This document shows, one piece after another, positions 55,493 to 63,996 of a stretch of DNA of 64,000 bases. The stretch is taken from IMG/VR virus record IMGVR_UViG_3300032397_000006, positions 1-64,000 of that record; one strand, written 5' to 3'. Every line of letters begins with the position of its first letter. Within the stretch, counting starts at the first letter, position 1. The translations under genes and the position numbers were made by a program. The notes beneath the pieces are model-generated. The model did no database searches. It was not told where the DNA came from and worked only from the letters and a program-made list of their open reading frames with translations. The DNA is from a virus.

Positions 55493-56137
55493 CTACTCGT
55501 TATCTAGTATCGCGAGCGCTGACAGTAACTGCACAGGCGCGTACGCAAATGAAACGACGTCAGCGTGAGACATAATGCGCCCTCGCAACGCGTGCCCCAC
55601 ACCGAGATCGAGCACGTCTACTTTGGTGCCTGATGGAGCTCCGCAAAGCGCGGGATCGGAGGTCACGAAATACGTGCGGCATGCGACGGGACGCACCGCG
55701 TACACGCTGCACGTATTGTCCGGCCGCAAGAACACGCAGGCTTCGTTTTCCTCCCACCACAACGTGCACAGTGCGTCGTTCTTTTTCGTGTAGTCGTCGA
55801 GGTCTTCGGTGCTCGCCAATTCCGTGTCAGGATTATCGCCGAACGTCTTCGCGTAATGCGGCTTGAGCTTTTCGACTTGAGCTAGCAGCTGCTTTCGCTT
55901 CGCGCGTAGCTTGTGCGGATAGGCCGCTGCGATGGCGAGAGCTTCCTCCGCGCTGATCAGAATCAGCATCTTGCAACAGTGCGCGCAGCCTTTTGTACAC
56001 GAGGGCTCGGCCTGCGCGAGCACCGCATCCATCGCAAGATCGGCGCGTAAGTATTCGTGCGTCAGCTGCTGTCCGATTATCGCCAACGAGCGCTTTCTTG
56101 ATTCAGGGACACCAGGAGCTTTCATGTGTCCCCTCAT
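55493..56137 (-). CDS. CxxCxxCC (YkgJ/FliB-like) zinc/iron-cluster protein
   Basis: CTKGCAHCC...CVFL...CSVYAVRPVACR. Confidence 0.85.
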   Translation of the reverse strand: MRGHMKAPGVPESRKRSLAIIGQQLTHEYLRADLAMDAVLAQAEPSCTKGCAHCCKMLILISAEEALAIAAAYPHKLRAKRKQLLAQVEKLKPHYAKTFGDNPDTELASTEDLDDYTKKNDALCTLWWEENEACVFLRPDNTCSVYAVRPVACRTYFVTSDPALCGAPSGTKVDVLDLGVGHALRGRIMSHADVVSFAYAPVQLLSALAILDNE

Positions 56138-56805
56138 AGCGCGTCGAGCTGCTTACTCTTGAATTGGCCAGGGTTGCTCCGCGGTGAGTTGCGGTATTTC
56201 TTGATCGTACTCTCTGCAACGCCGAGCTCTTTCGCCGCGGCCTTCACGGTGCCTTCGTGTTGTTTGATTTGCGTGATTAGCTCCGCAGACAGCACCTTGC
56301 GCGTGGACGCAGGTAGCTTGTGCCCCGTGACGGCACCGTGGCTCACGCCACGCTTAATGCAACCTACGTGCGCGGGAGACAGATCGTATTTCTGCCCGAT
56401 CTCCTGCAGCGTCCCCTTTGCAGCGTAGATCTCGAGCACCTGTTTCTTGGTCAGCTTTTCCGGCATCTTTTCCCCCAATGTGGCCGCGAACGTCTTGTGC
56501 TGCTCTCCTACTGTCACCATTTTACCGAAGCGCCCACCGAGAGCAGCAAAGCGCAGCGCTATATTGTTGCCCGGGCCTGCCTGATTTACGAACCAACCGA
56601 CGCACACTTGCTCGGCACCCGCCTCTGTTTCGTGGCACGCCATTAAGCGTAAGGCGCCGTCGCTGTTATAACCGCGATTCTCTGGCGTCGCGATCGTGCG
56701 CACGAGCGCAGCGTGTTTCGTTGCGCAATAGTTACCCGGGATATCGCGCTCGGGAACAGTGCTCGTTTTCCACGGGCACGCTTTACACTGCACGCGCGTT
56801 TTCAT
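56134..56805 (-). CDS. Cys-rich N-terminal domain fused to two HTH-like segments
   Basis: CKACPW...MACHE...CVGW; TLQEIGQKYDLS and TVKAAAKELGVAESTIKKY. Confidence 0.6.
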   Translation of the reverse strand: MKTRVQCKACPWKTSTVPERDIPGNYCATKHAALVRTIATPENRGYNSDGALRLMACHETEAGAEQVCVGWFVNQAGPGNNIALRFAALGGRFGKMVTVGEQHKTFAATLGEKMPEKLTKKQVLEIYAAKGTLQEIGQKYDLSPAHVGCIKRGVSHGAVTGHKLPASTRKVLSAELITQIKQHEGTVKAAAKELGVAESTIKKYRNSPRSNPGQFKSKQLDAL

Positions 56806-56817
56806 TCGATCACCTCA

Positions 56818-57081
56818 CTAGGGACTCAAAACGCTGCGTACCGCGCAGTCCTTCGACTCCAGCAGCTTGCGCAACGCTACCGTCGCCTCAGCGTTGGCAG
56901 GCATTGTATCCGCCATCTCGTACGCGAGCTCGCAGTAAGGCCTACTCACTTCCTGCAGGTTCTTCGGCAAGTGCTCGTACTTAAAGAAGCTCAAAAGCTT
57001 CCGTACGACGGGGTTATCGGACGCACAACCATTCACCTTGTACAAATCCTCAACGCTTTGCTTTACATCATCGTTACTCAT
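56818..57081 (-). CDS. Small helical-hairpin protein (candidate nucleotide-signal sponge)
   Basis: FFKYEHLP..LQEVS.P...LA...AEATVALRKLLESKDCAVR; next to Tad1. Confidence 0.55.
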   Translation of the reverse strand: MSNDDVKQSVEDLYKVNGCASDNPVVRKLLSFFKYEHLPKNLQEVSRPYCELAYEMADTMPANAEATVALRKLLESKDCAVRSVLSP

Positions 57082-57127
57082 TCTGTCACCTTTCTACACT
57101 GCACGTCCTCATCGCTAAGCGTGCGCG

Positions 57128-57499
57128 TCATATAACGTTCGTGCCTTCCACACCGCGTGCCACGCGCGCCCTCGTTCGTTCCTGCAGCCAGCGCATTGCA
57201 TTAAGCAAGCACGCGAGCACTTCGCGGTTATCCTCGCAAGCAAACGCTCCGGACTGAAATCCATCCATGCGATCAATAAGGATCGCTAAAAGCGCTTCGT
57301 TCGTAACGCCGTTGACGCCGACTTCCTTGATCGGGCCTCGCTGGAACTCGATGTCGCAGCCCTGAGGGTCGCCGTGCTTAGGCTGAAACCGAACCTTGTA
57401 GACGTGGCTCGCGTTGCCGTACTGCTCATCGCGCGCGTCCGCAATGATCGTGATCGCCTCGTTGCAGGCGTTGCTTTTATGTGACGTTACTTCGTGCAT
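57128..57499 (-). CDS. tad1: Tad1-family anti-Thoeris/anti-CBASS sponge
   Basis: G.ASH.Y, IEFQRGPIKEVGVNGV, LLAILIDR..GFQSG.FAC..N and W...R...R..RGVEGT follow the Tad1 pattern across the full 123 aa. Confidence 0.85.
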   Translation of the reverse strand: MHEVTSHKSNACNEAITIIADARDEQYGNASHVYKVRFQPKHGDPQGCDIEFQRGPIKEVGVNGVTNEALLAILIDRMDGFQSGAFACEDNREVLACLLNAMRWLQERTRARVARGVEGTNVI

Positions 57500-57524
57500 T
57501 ACTCGAGTACCCTTTCGCTATGGC

Positions 57525-57761
57525 TTACGGCATCACTCCCACAGACACGATCTCCGCGTAGCCCTGTGAGCGGATCGCGTGCTCTGCGAATTTCGCTCCG
57601 TGGAATACGCGCACGACATAGCAGCCGTCGCGACGCTCGGGCCCCTCAGGCGTCCCGCAACCCACGACGCGCGCCATACATACAGGCAGCATGGTTAGCG
57701 TCGCGTCGAGCGCATCAGGATTCGCCACGCGCACCAAGATCTCTACAATTTCATCCGCCAT
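57525..57761 (-). CDS. Hypothetical protein
   Basis: MADEIVE... downstream of the promoter at 57784-57811. Confidence 0.5.
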   Translation of the reverse strand: MADEIVEILVRVANPDALDATLTMLPVCMARVVGCGTPEGPERRDGCYVVRVFHGAKFAEHAIRSQGYAEIVSVGVMP

Positions 57762-57783
57762 ACGCACCCCGCAATTTCGGCGG

Positions 57784-57811
57784 TTATCGCGCGCAAGGGT
57801 AAGCTTGTCAA
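57784..57811 (-). promoter_or_regulatory. Sigma70-like promoter with half-conserved palindrome
   Basis: TTGACA-17 nt-GATAAC; TTATCGC-GCGCA-AGGGTAA. Confidence 0.55.
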
Positions 57812-58005
57812 GCTGCGTGATTGCGTAGCAGGGCAAGCGCCTACGCATTCGCTACGCAATCTTTACGGGCCGCGCCTGCGCTGCGTGTACGCCTCATAGA
57901 GGCGCAGCGCGACCTTGAACAGGGCAGCACTCGCCCGCGAGCCTAGGGCGCCTGCAAGGAACAGCGCGAGGGCAAGCAACGCGTACAAAAGCCAGTCGTG
58001 CACTG

Positions 58006-58647
58006 TCAGAGATTCCACGCTCGTGCCTCCGCGCTATCGCGCCCTCCGGACATCTCCCACACAAAAGCGTTCGCGTGCAGCACGTCGCCGTCTGCGGCCA
58101 GCCCCGTGCACATTAATAGCACGTGCAAAGTCTCGTGCCGGATCGACGAAAGCACGTGCGTATTGTCTGGCGCGAGGTGCGCCGTGTAAACGACCGCTTG
58201 CCACGGTGCGTGGCTGAAAACCGAAGTTATGCAGCTCGTTGCACGCAGCGGATCGTCGTGCCTCAGCGCAGCAGCACACGTCTCTGCAAATGCCATGGAG
58301 TTGAGCTCACGCACAACGCGCAAATCGTCAATGCAGCTCGACCTTGGCATCGGGAGGCCTACGGCAAGCCACGCGTTACGCGCCGAAATGATCGCTGCTG
58401 TGTCCTGAATATCGCGCTCCGGTGTACAGCTCTCGAGCAGCACGATCACGCACACGAGAAACACGAACGCAGCGAAGGCCCACACCAGGCGGCGCACACG
58501 TTGAATGCGTTCACGCTCGCGCTCACGAAGTTGAGGGTGTTCGAACAGCACGCGATTACGGGCAGCGTTTCGAGCTCGGCGCCGTTCGAATTCATTCGTC
58601 GACAGTCGAATCGCGCGCAGTGCTCGCTCTCGTTCCGGACGGCTCAT
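58006..58647 (-). CDS. Membrane-anchored protein with HExxH motif
   Basis: Basic N-terminus, hydrophobic helix ending LLESC, IRHETLHVLL. Confidence 0.55.
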   Translation of the reverse strand: MSRPERERALRAIRLSTNEFERRRARNAARNRVLFEHPQLRERERERIQRVRRLVWAFAAFVFLVCVIVLLESCTPERDIQDTAAIISARNAWLAVGLPMPRSSCIDDLRVVRELNSMAFAETCAAALRHDDPLRATSCITSVFSHAPWQAVVYTAHLAPDNTHVLSSIRHETLHVLLMCTGLAADGDVLHANAFVWEMSGGRDSAEARAWNL

Positions 58648-58656
58648 GATTCCCCC

Positions 58657-59154
58657 TCAGTCGTCATAGGCAGCACGCAGTAGTTTACGCGCAGTGTGGA
58701 GCCTCGAGTACACGGTGCCTACCGGGATATCGAGCTCTGCCGCGATATCCTCGCACGTGTAGCCCATGGCAAACGACAGCAGCGCGTCTCGGTAGTGTGC
58801 GGGTATCGCGTCGAGCTCCGCACGTAGGCGCGCTACGGCTTGCTCTTGTCCTAGCTGCGCGTCCTGTGATGGCGTGCTGGCGACACGGTAGCGTGCGTAG
58901 CTCATTTCGCTGAATATCTTACGCTGTCTTGCTCGCCGCATATTCGCCGCGATTCGAATTGCGATAGCGCCAAGCCACGTGCGCGGTGCTGCAGCGCCTG
59001 GGCGATATCCGCCGTAGTGATTCGCCACAATAAACACGGACTGCACGCCGTCGTCGACCGCGGACGGGTGCACGCCTGAACGCAACAGTAAGGCCGCAAC
59101 GTAGTGCGAGTGCTGCCGGAATAACTGCCCCGCGTCTGCGGCTGCGTGTTCCAC
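58657..59154 (-). CDS. ECF-type sigma-70 factor
   Basis: Region 2 DDGVQSVF...RTWLGAIA; region 4 EDIAAELDIPVGTVYSRLHTAR. Confidence 0.88.
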   Translation of the reverse strand: MEHAAADAGQLFRQHSHYVAALLLRSGVHPSAVDDGVQSVFIVANHYGGYRPGAAAPRTWLGAIAIRIAANMRRARQRKIFSEMSYARYRVASTPSQDAQLGQEQAVARLRAELDAIPAHYRDALLSFAMGYTCEDIAAELDIPVGTVYSRLHTARKLLRAAYDD

Positions 59155-59170
59155 AGCTGCAAGAGTAACA

Positions 59171-59419
59171 CTACGGCAACTTTCGGATCTCGCGCTGAAT
59201 CTCTAGCAGGAAGTTCTGCACTTCCTTGGCTAAGCCTGAGAATTTCGGCTGCAACGAAACGAGACGCAAGTCTTGATCAAATTCGAGCATTTCCCCGCAC
59301 GCTACACAGAACGTAGCGTCCCCCGCTTCAGGCGCACTCTCGCCGGCAACGCGCATTGCGCCTACTGCCGCAAGCGGTGCGCTGCACGTCGGGCACAGGT
59401 CTCTGTCAGGCACTTTCAT
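59171..59419 (-). CDS. Zinc-ribbon protein
   Basis: CPTC...CVACGE. Confidence 0.55.
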   Translation of the reverse strand: MKVPDRDLCPTCSAPLAAVGAMRVAGESAPEAGDATFCVACGEMLEFDQDLRLVSLQPKFSGLAKEVQNFLLEIQREIRKLP

Positions 59420-59937
59420 TTCGTAGCTCTCATGCGATTCTCGAGTCCAGCGATGTCCCTATCGCGCAGGTGCACTTGCTCTGTGAGCGCGTCGACCGTG
59501 GCGTGCAGTCGGATAAATTCGCGGTCCCTCTGCGCGAGCACCGTTTGCAGCCTGACGATCTCTTTATCCTGTGCCTCGACCACCAAGCGCGTCACCTGCA
59601 GACGTAACGTGTCAGCGAGCGAAACAGGATCGGAAGGCTCCGCTGCAGTAATTCCGCGCATTACGTTACGTGCGAGCACAAGGTAGTGGAGCGCATCCTG
59701 TTTATGCAGCACCTCAACCATGCGTAGCCGATCGATCAGGATAGCGAGCAGTACGTCCTCAGTGATTCCATTGACGCTGCCGTTCGGCATTTCGCCTTCG
59801 TGAAACTCAAGTACGAAGCCGCAGCACTTGTTATCCGGGCCGCGCCACGTCACGGCATAGACGCGACTGGCGGTCACATCATCACCGTTACCCGTGATTG
59901 CGATCGCTGAATTGCTCGCGTGTTTTACGTCGCGCAT
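59416..59937 (-). CDS. Degenerate Tad1-like domain fused to a coiled coil
   Basis: ASRVY...LEFHEG...VNGITEDVLLAILIDRL matches the N-terminal half of 57128..57499. Confidence 0.6.
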   Translation of the reverse strand: MRDVKHASNSAIAITGNGDDVTASRVYAVTWRGPDNKCCGFVLEFHEGEMPNGSVNGITEDVLLAILIDRLRMVEVLHKQDALHYLVLARNVMRGITAAEPSDPVSLADTLRLQVTRLVVEAQDKEIVRLQTVLAQRDREFIRLHATVDALTEQVHLRDRDIAGLENRMRATK

Positions 59938-59942
59938 TAGCG

Positions 59943-60131
59943 CTAGCCTTTCCGCTTGCCCGGAGCTCGGATCACGAGGCGTGAACCATCCGTGAATTCG
60001 ATTGTCGTTCCTACGCCCGGATTAAGCCTGCGGTAGGCCTGCACGAGCTGCGCGGCTGCAGTGACCATATTATCCGCGCGAATGTTGTACGCCCACGCGT
60101 GCTCTGGCGCTTCGTCCTCAGTCGACATCAC
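59943..60131 (-). CDS. Hypothetical protein
   Basis: 62 aa, coupled. Confidence 0.4.
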   Translation of the reverse strand: MMSTEDEAPEHAWAYNIRADNMVTAAAQLVQAYRRLNPGVGTTIEFTDGSRLVIRAPGKRKG

Positions 60132-60553
60132 GTCACCCTCAGTGCGCGTAGTGCGCAGTCCCGGGCCTCGAGCAGTCTGCGCACTGCAACCACTGACTCA
60201 GCGTTCACGGTCAGGTATTGCGCGAGCATTTGCGCAAACTCGAAAAAGTCGCGAGTTACGTTCGGAGATTCAGGGCTGTACTCGAAAAAGCTCAAGATGG
60301 TTTGCACTGAGCTGTGCTCGCTTGCTGCACGTAGGCCGTGCTGCACGGCGCTGCGATCCAGGCGCTGCGAACGTAGCGCACAGTCCTGTGACTCAAGTAG
60401 CTTGCGCACCATCGTTGTTGCCTCTGCATTTGCCGGCAGCTGTGCGGCGATTACGCGTGCGAATACTCCAAACAGTGTTTCCTCGAAAAGCTGTAGCAAG
60501 CTCTGCACTGAGGGGTGCTGTGCCGCCGTTACCTTGTTATCGTCAGGTGTCAT
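60128..60553 (-). CDS. Tandem two-domain paralogue of 56818..57081
   Basis: NAEATTMVRKLLESQDCALR and NAESVVAVRRLLEARDCALR. Confidence 0.65.
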   Translation of the reverse strand: MTPDDNKVTAAQHPSVQSLLQLFEETLFGVFARVIAAQLPANAEATTMVRKLLESQDCALRSQRLDRSAVQHGLRAASEHSSVQTILSFFEYSPESPNVTRDFFEFAQMLAQYLTVNAESVVAVRRLLEARDCALRALRVT

Positions 60554-60819
60554 TCGCTCCCTTTACTCGCGGGTTGCGGCATCGCGTCTTTCAAGAGTTG
60601 CAACATGCGTTCTTGTACAGGCGCCACTTCTCCTACGTGCGACGCCACTTCCTTTTCTTTTCGTCCTACGACCAGAATGCGCGCCGTAATCGCTTCCGGC
60701 TGCACACTCACTCGCGGGAACTGCACGTGCAACAGGCTACCTGTGATCCTGACGATCTCGCCTGTATGCTGCTCACCTGCATATTCGAAGTCGACGATAT
60801 CTCCCACTGAGAAACTCAC
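60550..60819 (-). CDS. Small SH3/KOW-like protein
   Basis: FSVGDIVDF...GEIVRI. Confidence 0.5.
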   Translation of the reverse strand: MSFSVGDIVDFEYAGEQHTGEIVRITGSLLHVQFPRVSVQPEAITARILVVGRKEKEVASHVGEVAPVQERMLQLLKDAMPQPASKGSE

Positions 60820-61043
60820 GGCTTATACCTTTCTAACGCGTCGACTAGGACATCGGTCAACGCGTCGGGCTCGTCCCTTACGTGTATGTGATTCGTTAGA
60901 ATGCCAGCAAGCTCGAGTAGCGTTTTACGCATAGCGGCATTCTCTTTTCGTAGCCGCTCCACCGTACCAGGCTCCTCGACATCCGCCAACTTTCCGAATG
61001 CTGCGTGTAGGGCTCTTACTATTCCGCGCTCGGTTTCGTCCAT
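60816..61043 (-). CDS. Hypothetical protein
   Basis: 75 aa, GAGG ribosome-binding site, palindrome half-site at 61066-61084. Confidence 0.5.
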   Translation of the reverse strand: MDETERGIVRALHAAFGKLADVEEPGTVERLRKENAAMRKTLLELAGILTNHIHVRDEPDALTDVLVDALERYKP

Positions 61044-61257
61044 TTTATACCTCTACGCTGGCGCCTTATCGCACGGTATTATAAGTGTGCATTGATCGAC
61101 TGCGCGGGATTTCCGAGTCTTGGTTTATGCGCTCCACTCGAGAGCCTTATCGCAGCGAGGACAAGCAATCATCGCCCGTTATCGAAATGCGCCCACGTCC
61201 ACACCAACCAGCACAGCAGCAGCGCTAACGAAAAAACAATTAGCGCATCGTAGCGTG

Positions 61258-61641
61258 TCATTTGTAGCGATCACTCAGCGTGCGGGCTGCGTCTAACCAC
61301 TCGTCGAGATCGCGTGCGAGACGCGCTGCGCTTTCATCCTGCAACGTGTACGTACCTATTCCGAACGCGAGCGAAGTCGAGTATCCGATCAGCCGGCCTT
61401 CGCCATCATGTAGTGGGAAATGATGCTGTCCGGATACGTGCTGAATCGCATCTTGCTCGTAGAGCTCGCACGCTCGCTTATGCGCCTCCATTTGTTCCGG
61501 TGCGCAGCTCTCTGGATCAGGGAAAAAGTCGCGCGGATCTCCGCCTGGAAAAAAGCCGTAGCTTACTATGCCGCTCTCCTCGCGGATCTTGTCTGCGATA
61601 GCGCGGAGCATGGTGATTTCGTCCTCGGGCAGTTCGTACAC
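61258..61641 (-). CDS. Hypothetical protein
   Basis: 127 aa; GFFPGGDPRDFFPDPESC. Confidence 0.55.
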   Translation of the reverse strand: MYELPEDEITMLRAIADKIREESGIVSYGFFPGGDPRDFFPDPESCAPEQMEAHKRACELYEQDAIQHVSGQHHFPLHDGEGRLIGYSTSLAFGIGTYTLQDESAARLARDLDEWLDAARTLSDRYK

Positions 61642-61651
61642 CGCGCGCCTT

Positions 61652-61948
61652 TCAGTGCGTTGCCGAATCCACGCGCTCCGAGATAGCCGCGAGCGCGATC
61701 TTTGCCGTGTCTGCTACGAACGTCTTTTCGTCGGCTAATTTAGCGCTCGCTCCCGTTAGCAGGAACAGCACGGCATTATGTCTACGGTGCCAGCGCTCGT
61801 GATCGAGCTTCGCCGTGCACTCGCTATCGTTGTCCGCATTCAGCACGCCCTCGTGTGCGTCCTGCCACTCCGTATCGAGCAGCATTAACGCCACTGCTAG
61901 CGTCACGACTCCGGTAAATAGACCCGTTGCATCCTCGTCAGTTTCCAT
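61652..61948 (-). CDS. Hypothetical protein
   Basis: ATG 61948 right after the upstream stop. Confidence 0.45.
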   Translation of the reverse strand: METDEDATGLFTGVVTLAVALMLLDTEWQDAHEGVLNADNDSECTAKLDHERWHRRHNAVLFLLTGASAKLADEKTFVADTAKIALAAISERVDSATH

Positions 61949-61949
61949 T

Positions 61950-62513
61950 TTAGCTAGTCTCCATTCCCCACGCGTCCCAGCCGCTGACACGCGCACGCGC
62001 AAACAATTCAATTCGCGGCCTGTCGCCGTACAGACTCACGATCTTGTCGCGAATCACCGGAGGCTTCTCCGAGTGCCTTCCGCGACCGTGCAGCACGACC
62101 TGCCCCATTGCACAGTCCAGCAACGGAAAAGGTCGCCCGCGAGGCCTCAGCGTCGCCAGCAGGCATAATTCAGTCGTGGGCTTGGTGCACGTCGGAGGCA
62201 CGCCTTGCCCGTTGATTATCGCGCCTGATTTATTCGTTTTCACCCACACGAACGCGACACCTCGATAGTGCAAGCCCCACGATGCGATCGCGCGAAATGC
62301 GAGGTCCGCACGAGGACACGTGCACCACAGAAACAACGCACCTTCGCGCCCTCGAAACAGCGCGCGGATCGGCATGTCGCAAATCTCGTCGATCGACATC
62401 AGATCGTAGTGCTTACCCGCAGCTCCATCCTTTGTCGCCGAGCCGTACATAGGCCAGGGCGGATCGGCGTAGATCAGATCGTAGCCGGCTGCGTGCTCAC
62501 TGAGCGCGATCAT
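61950..62513 (-). CDS. MT-A70 family adenine methyltransferase
   Basis: YDLIYADPPW, LFLWCT, FVWVK, HSEKP and RIELFAR...GWDAWG; ATG 62513. Confidence 0.92.
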   Translation of the reverse strand: MIALSEHAAGYDLIYADPPWPMYGSATKDGAAGKHYDLMSIDEICDMPIRALFRGREGALFLWCTCPRADLAFRAIASWGLHYRGVAFVWVKTNKSGAIINGQGVPPTCTKPTTELCLLATLRPRGRPFPLLDCAMGQVVLHGRGRHSEKPPVIRDKIVSLYGDRPRIELFARARVSGWDAWGMETS

Positions 62514-62803
62514 TTGCGACACCGCGGCATCCTGCGCGCTAGCGGCACGGTGCGAAGTGCTGCCGTGTGCTCGCGTAGAAAATCGAGCACGTACCGCGTG
62601 GCCTCGGCCTTCGCGTCCTCGATTCCCTTGTGCTCTAACGGCACGCGCGAGATCCCTAGTCGGGGGCAGCTCAACAGCCACTGCGTAGCGGCAAAATCAA
62701 TATGCCGGTGCACGCACAGCTCGCACTGCCCGAATTTCACGCGATGCGCGTACGCGATCGTCGTGCCTGCCCTCGTGTCCTCGATCCAATCGCCCACGCT
62801 CAC
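62510..62803 (-). CDS. Hypothetical protein
   Basis: 97 aa, ATGA-coupled to MT-A70. Confidence 0.5.
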   Translation of the reverse strand: MSVGDWIEDTRAGTTIAYAHRVKFGQCELCVHRHIDFAATQWLLSCPRLGISRVPLEHKGIEDAKAEATRYVLDFLREHTAALRTVPLARRMPRCRK

Positions 62804-62814
62804 CCCTGCGCGCG

Positions 62815-62843
62815 GCTTTACTACGGCGTACGATAACCGTCAA
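62815..62843 (-). promoter_or_regulatory. Sigma70-like promoter with degenerate palindrome
   Basis: TTGACG-17 nt-TAAAGC; TTACTAC-GGCGT-ACGATAA. Confidence 0.5.
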
Positions 62844-62851
62844 GCTGCAGA

Positions 62852-63433
62852 TCAACGCTCGATAAACGCGAGCAAACGATCTATTGCTTCGACCTCCGGA
62901 TCGGGCGCTTGCGCGGGCACTAGGCGGAGCACCGCGGCTTGCCTAGGCGCGTGCAGCAGTCGCACCGGAGGTGCTGCTACAGGCGCTTCGAACGAGGCCA
63001 AGGTGCGCGCCTTATCGTCGCGCTCAAGCTCCCAATCAAACGAGACCGAACCGTAAAAGTTCACGTCGAAATAGTCGGTCATCCTGTCCGATCGGTCATA
63101 GTTGTAAGCGTCTCGAATGCCCTCTAGCGCGTCCAGCAAAGCCCGCGCTGCGTCGGTGTAGCGGCCTCCCGGGTGCGAGGTCGAGTGCGGGTAATCCCGT
63201 TCGTACAGCACGCGTTCAGGGCTGCAAATCACGAAACCCTCAGGCGCCGCAGTGACCTCCACGTCGAGACTGCGCCCTCCGCTATATTTTCGTACGCGCA
63301 CCGAGATTTTGCAGTCCGGCATCGCGCCCGACTTGATCGAGGCCTTGATCTCCGCGCGCACACGCTTTGCGATGGCCACGATCGACAAGTCGCGATCGTA
63401 TTTCGAACCTGAGCTATTGCAGTTTTCCATCAC
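62852..63433 (-). CDS. LPD29-like domain protein
   Basis: AKRVRAEIK...KISVR...YSGGRSLDV...YNYDRSDRMTDYFDVNFY; GGGAAGGG leader. Confidence 0.6.
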   Translation of the reverse strand: MMENCNSSGSKYDRDLSIVAIAKRVRAEIKASIKSGAMPDCKISVRVRKYSGGRSLDVEVTAAPEGFVICSPERVLYERDYPHSTSHPGGRYTDAARALLDALEGIRDAYNYDRSDRMTDYFDVNFYGSVSFDWELERDDKARTLASFEAPVAAPPVRLLHAPRQAAVLRLVPAQAPDPEVEAIDRLLAFIER

Positions 63434-63452
63434 GGTACCCTTCCCTTTTTAT

Positions 63453-63710
63453 TCACACGCGCTTGTACGAACTGCTCAGTGCGTACTCAGCGGCAACGCG
63501 CCGGCACGCGGATTTCAGAAAGCTTTTCGAGTACCCGCGCAGCACCTTCAACTCGTGCGCCCAGCATCCAAGAATACTCCCGCCAAGCACCTTCACTTCG
63601 ACGCGAACATCGTCCGCCCAAACCACTTCGCCCTCGAGACCAGCCCAGCTCGGACACTGCACACCGACGTACCGAACGATCGCGCCTTTTTTGACTTCCT
63701 TGTTTCCCAC
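63453..63710 (-). CDS. Small SH3/KOW-like protein
   Basis: GTG 63710 behind the GAAGGGAAGGTG leader. Confidence 0.5.
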   Translation of the reverse strand: MGNKEVKKGAIVRYVGVQCPSWAGLEGEVVWADDVRVEVKVLGGSILGCWAHELKVLRGYSKSFLKSACRRVAAEYALSSSYKRV

Positions 63711-63761
63711 AAAGCACCTTCCCTTCAATCTAGTTATCTCACGACGCGATAACTCGCGCAA
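63711..63761 (-). promoter_or_regulatory. Promoter-palindrome-leader cassette
   Basis: TTATCTC-ACGAC-GCGATAA at 63734-63752, TTGCGC upstream, same GAAGGGAAGGTG leader as 33.0 and 34.2 kb. Confidence 0.65.
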
Positions 63762-63777
63762 GCGGAAACGCCCGCGG

Positions 63778-63996
63778 TCAGGAGACCGAGCGCGCCAGAT
63801 CTTCGACCGCTCGCCGCAAGTCAAACCGATTCAAGTCTTCGTCCAGACTTTCGCGCCCGAGTACGCGCTCAGCGAGAGCTCGCACTTTCAAGATGTCGTC
63901 ACTGAATTCCTCGTTCACACACTCGAGTTTTTCCACCTGATCTTCGAGCTCGCTGATCTCGCCGCGCAAGCGCTCGATCACGTTGCGTTCACTCAC
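63778..63996 (-). CDS. Small coiled-coil protein
   Basis: 72 aa with heptad pattern. Confidence 0.5.
   Translation of the reverse strand: MSERNVIERLRGEISELEDQVEKLECVNEEFSDDILKVRALAERVLGRESLDEDLNRFDLRRAVEDLARSVS

Noticed and set aside
322-63752. Many long plus-strand ORFs (e.g. 322..1065, 25093..26280, 26253..27230, 48915..50003, 53264..54229)
   Set aside because: They are antisense shadows of well-supported minus-strand genes in GC-rich DNA and show no recognisable motifs.
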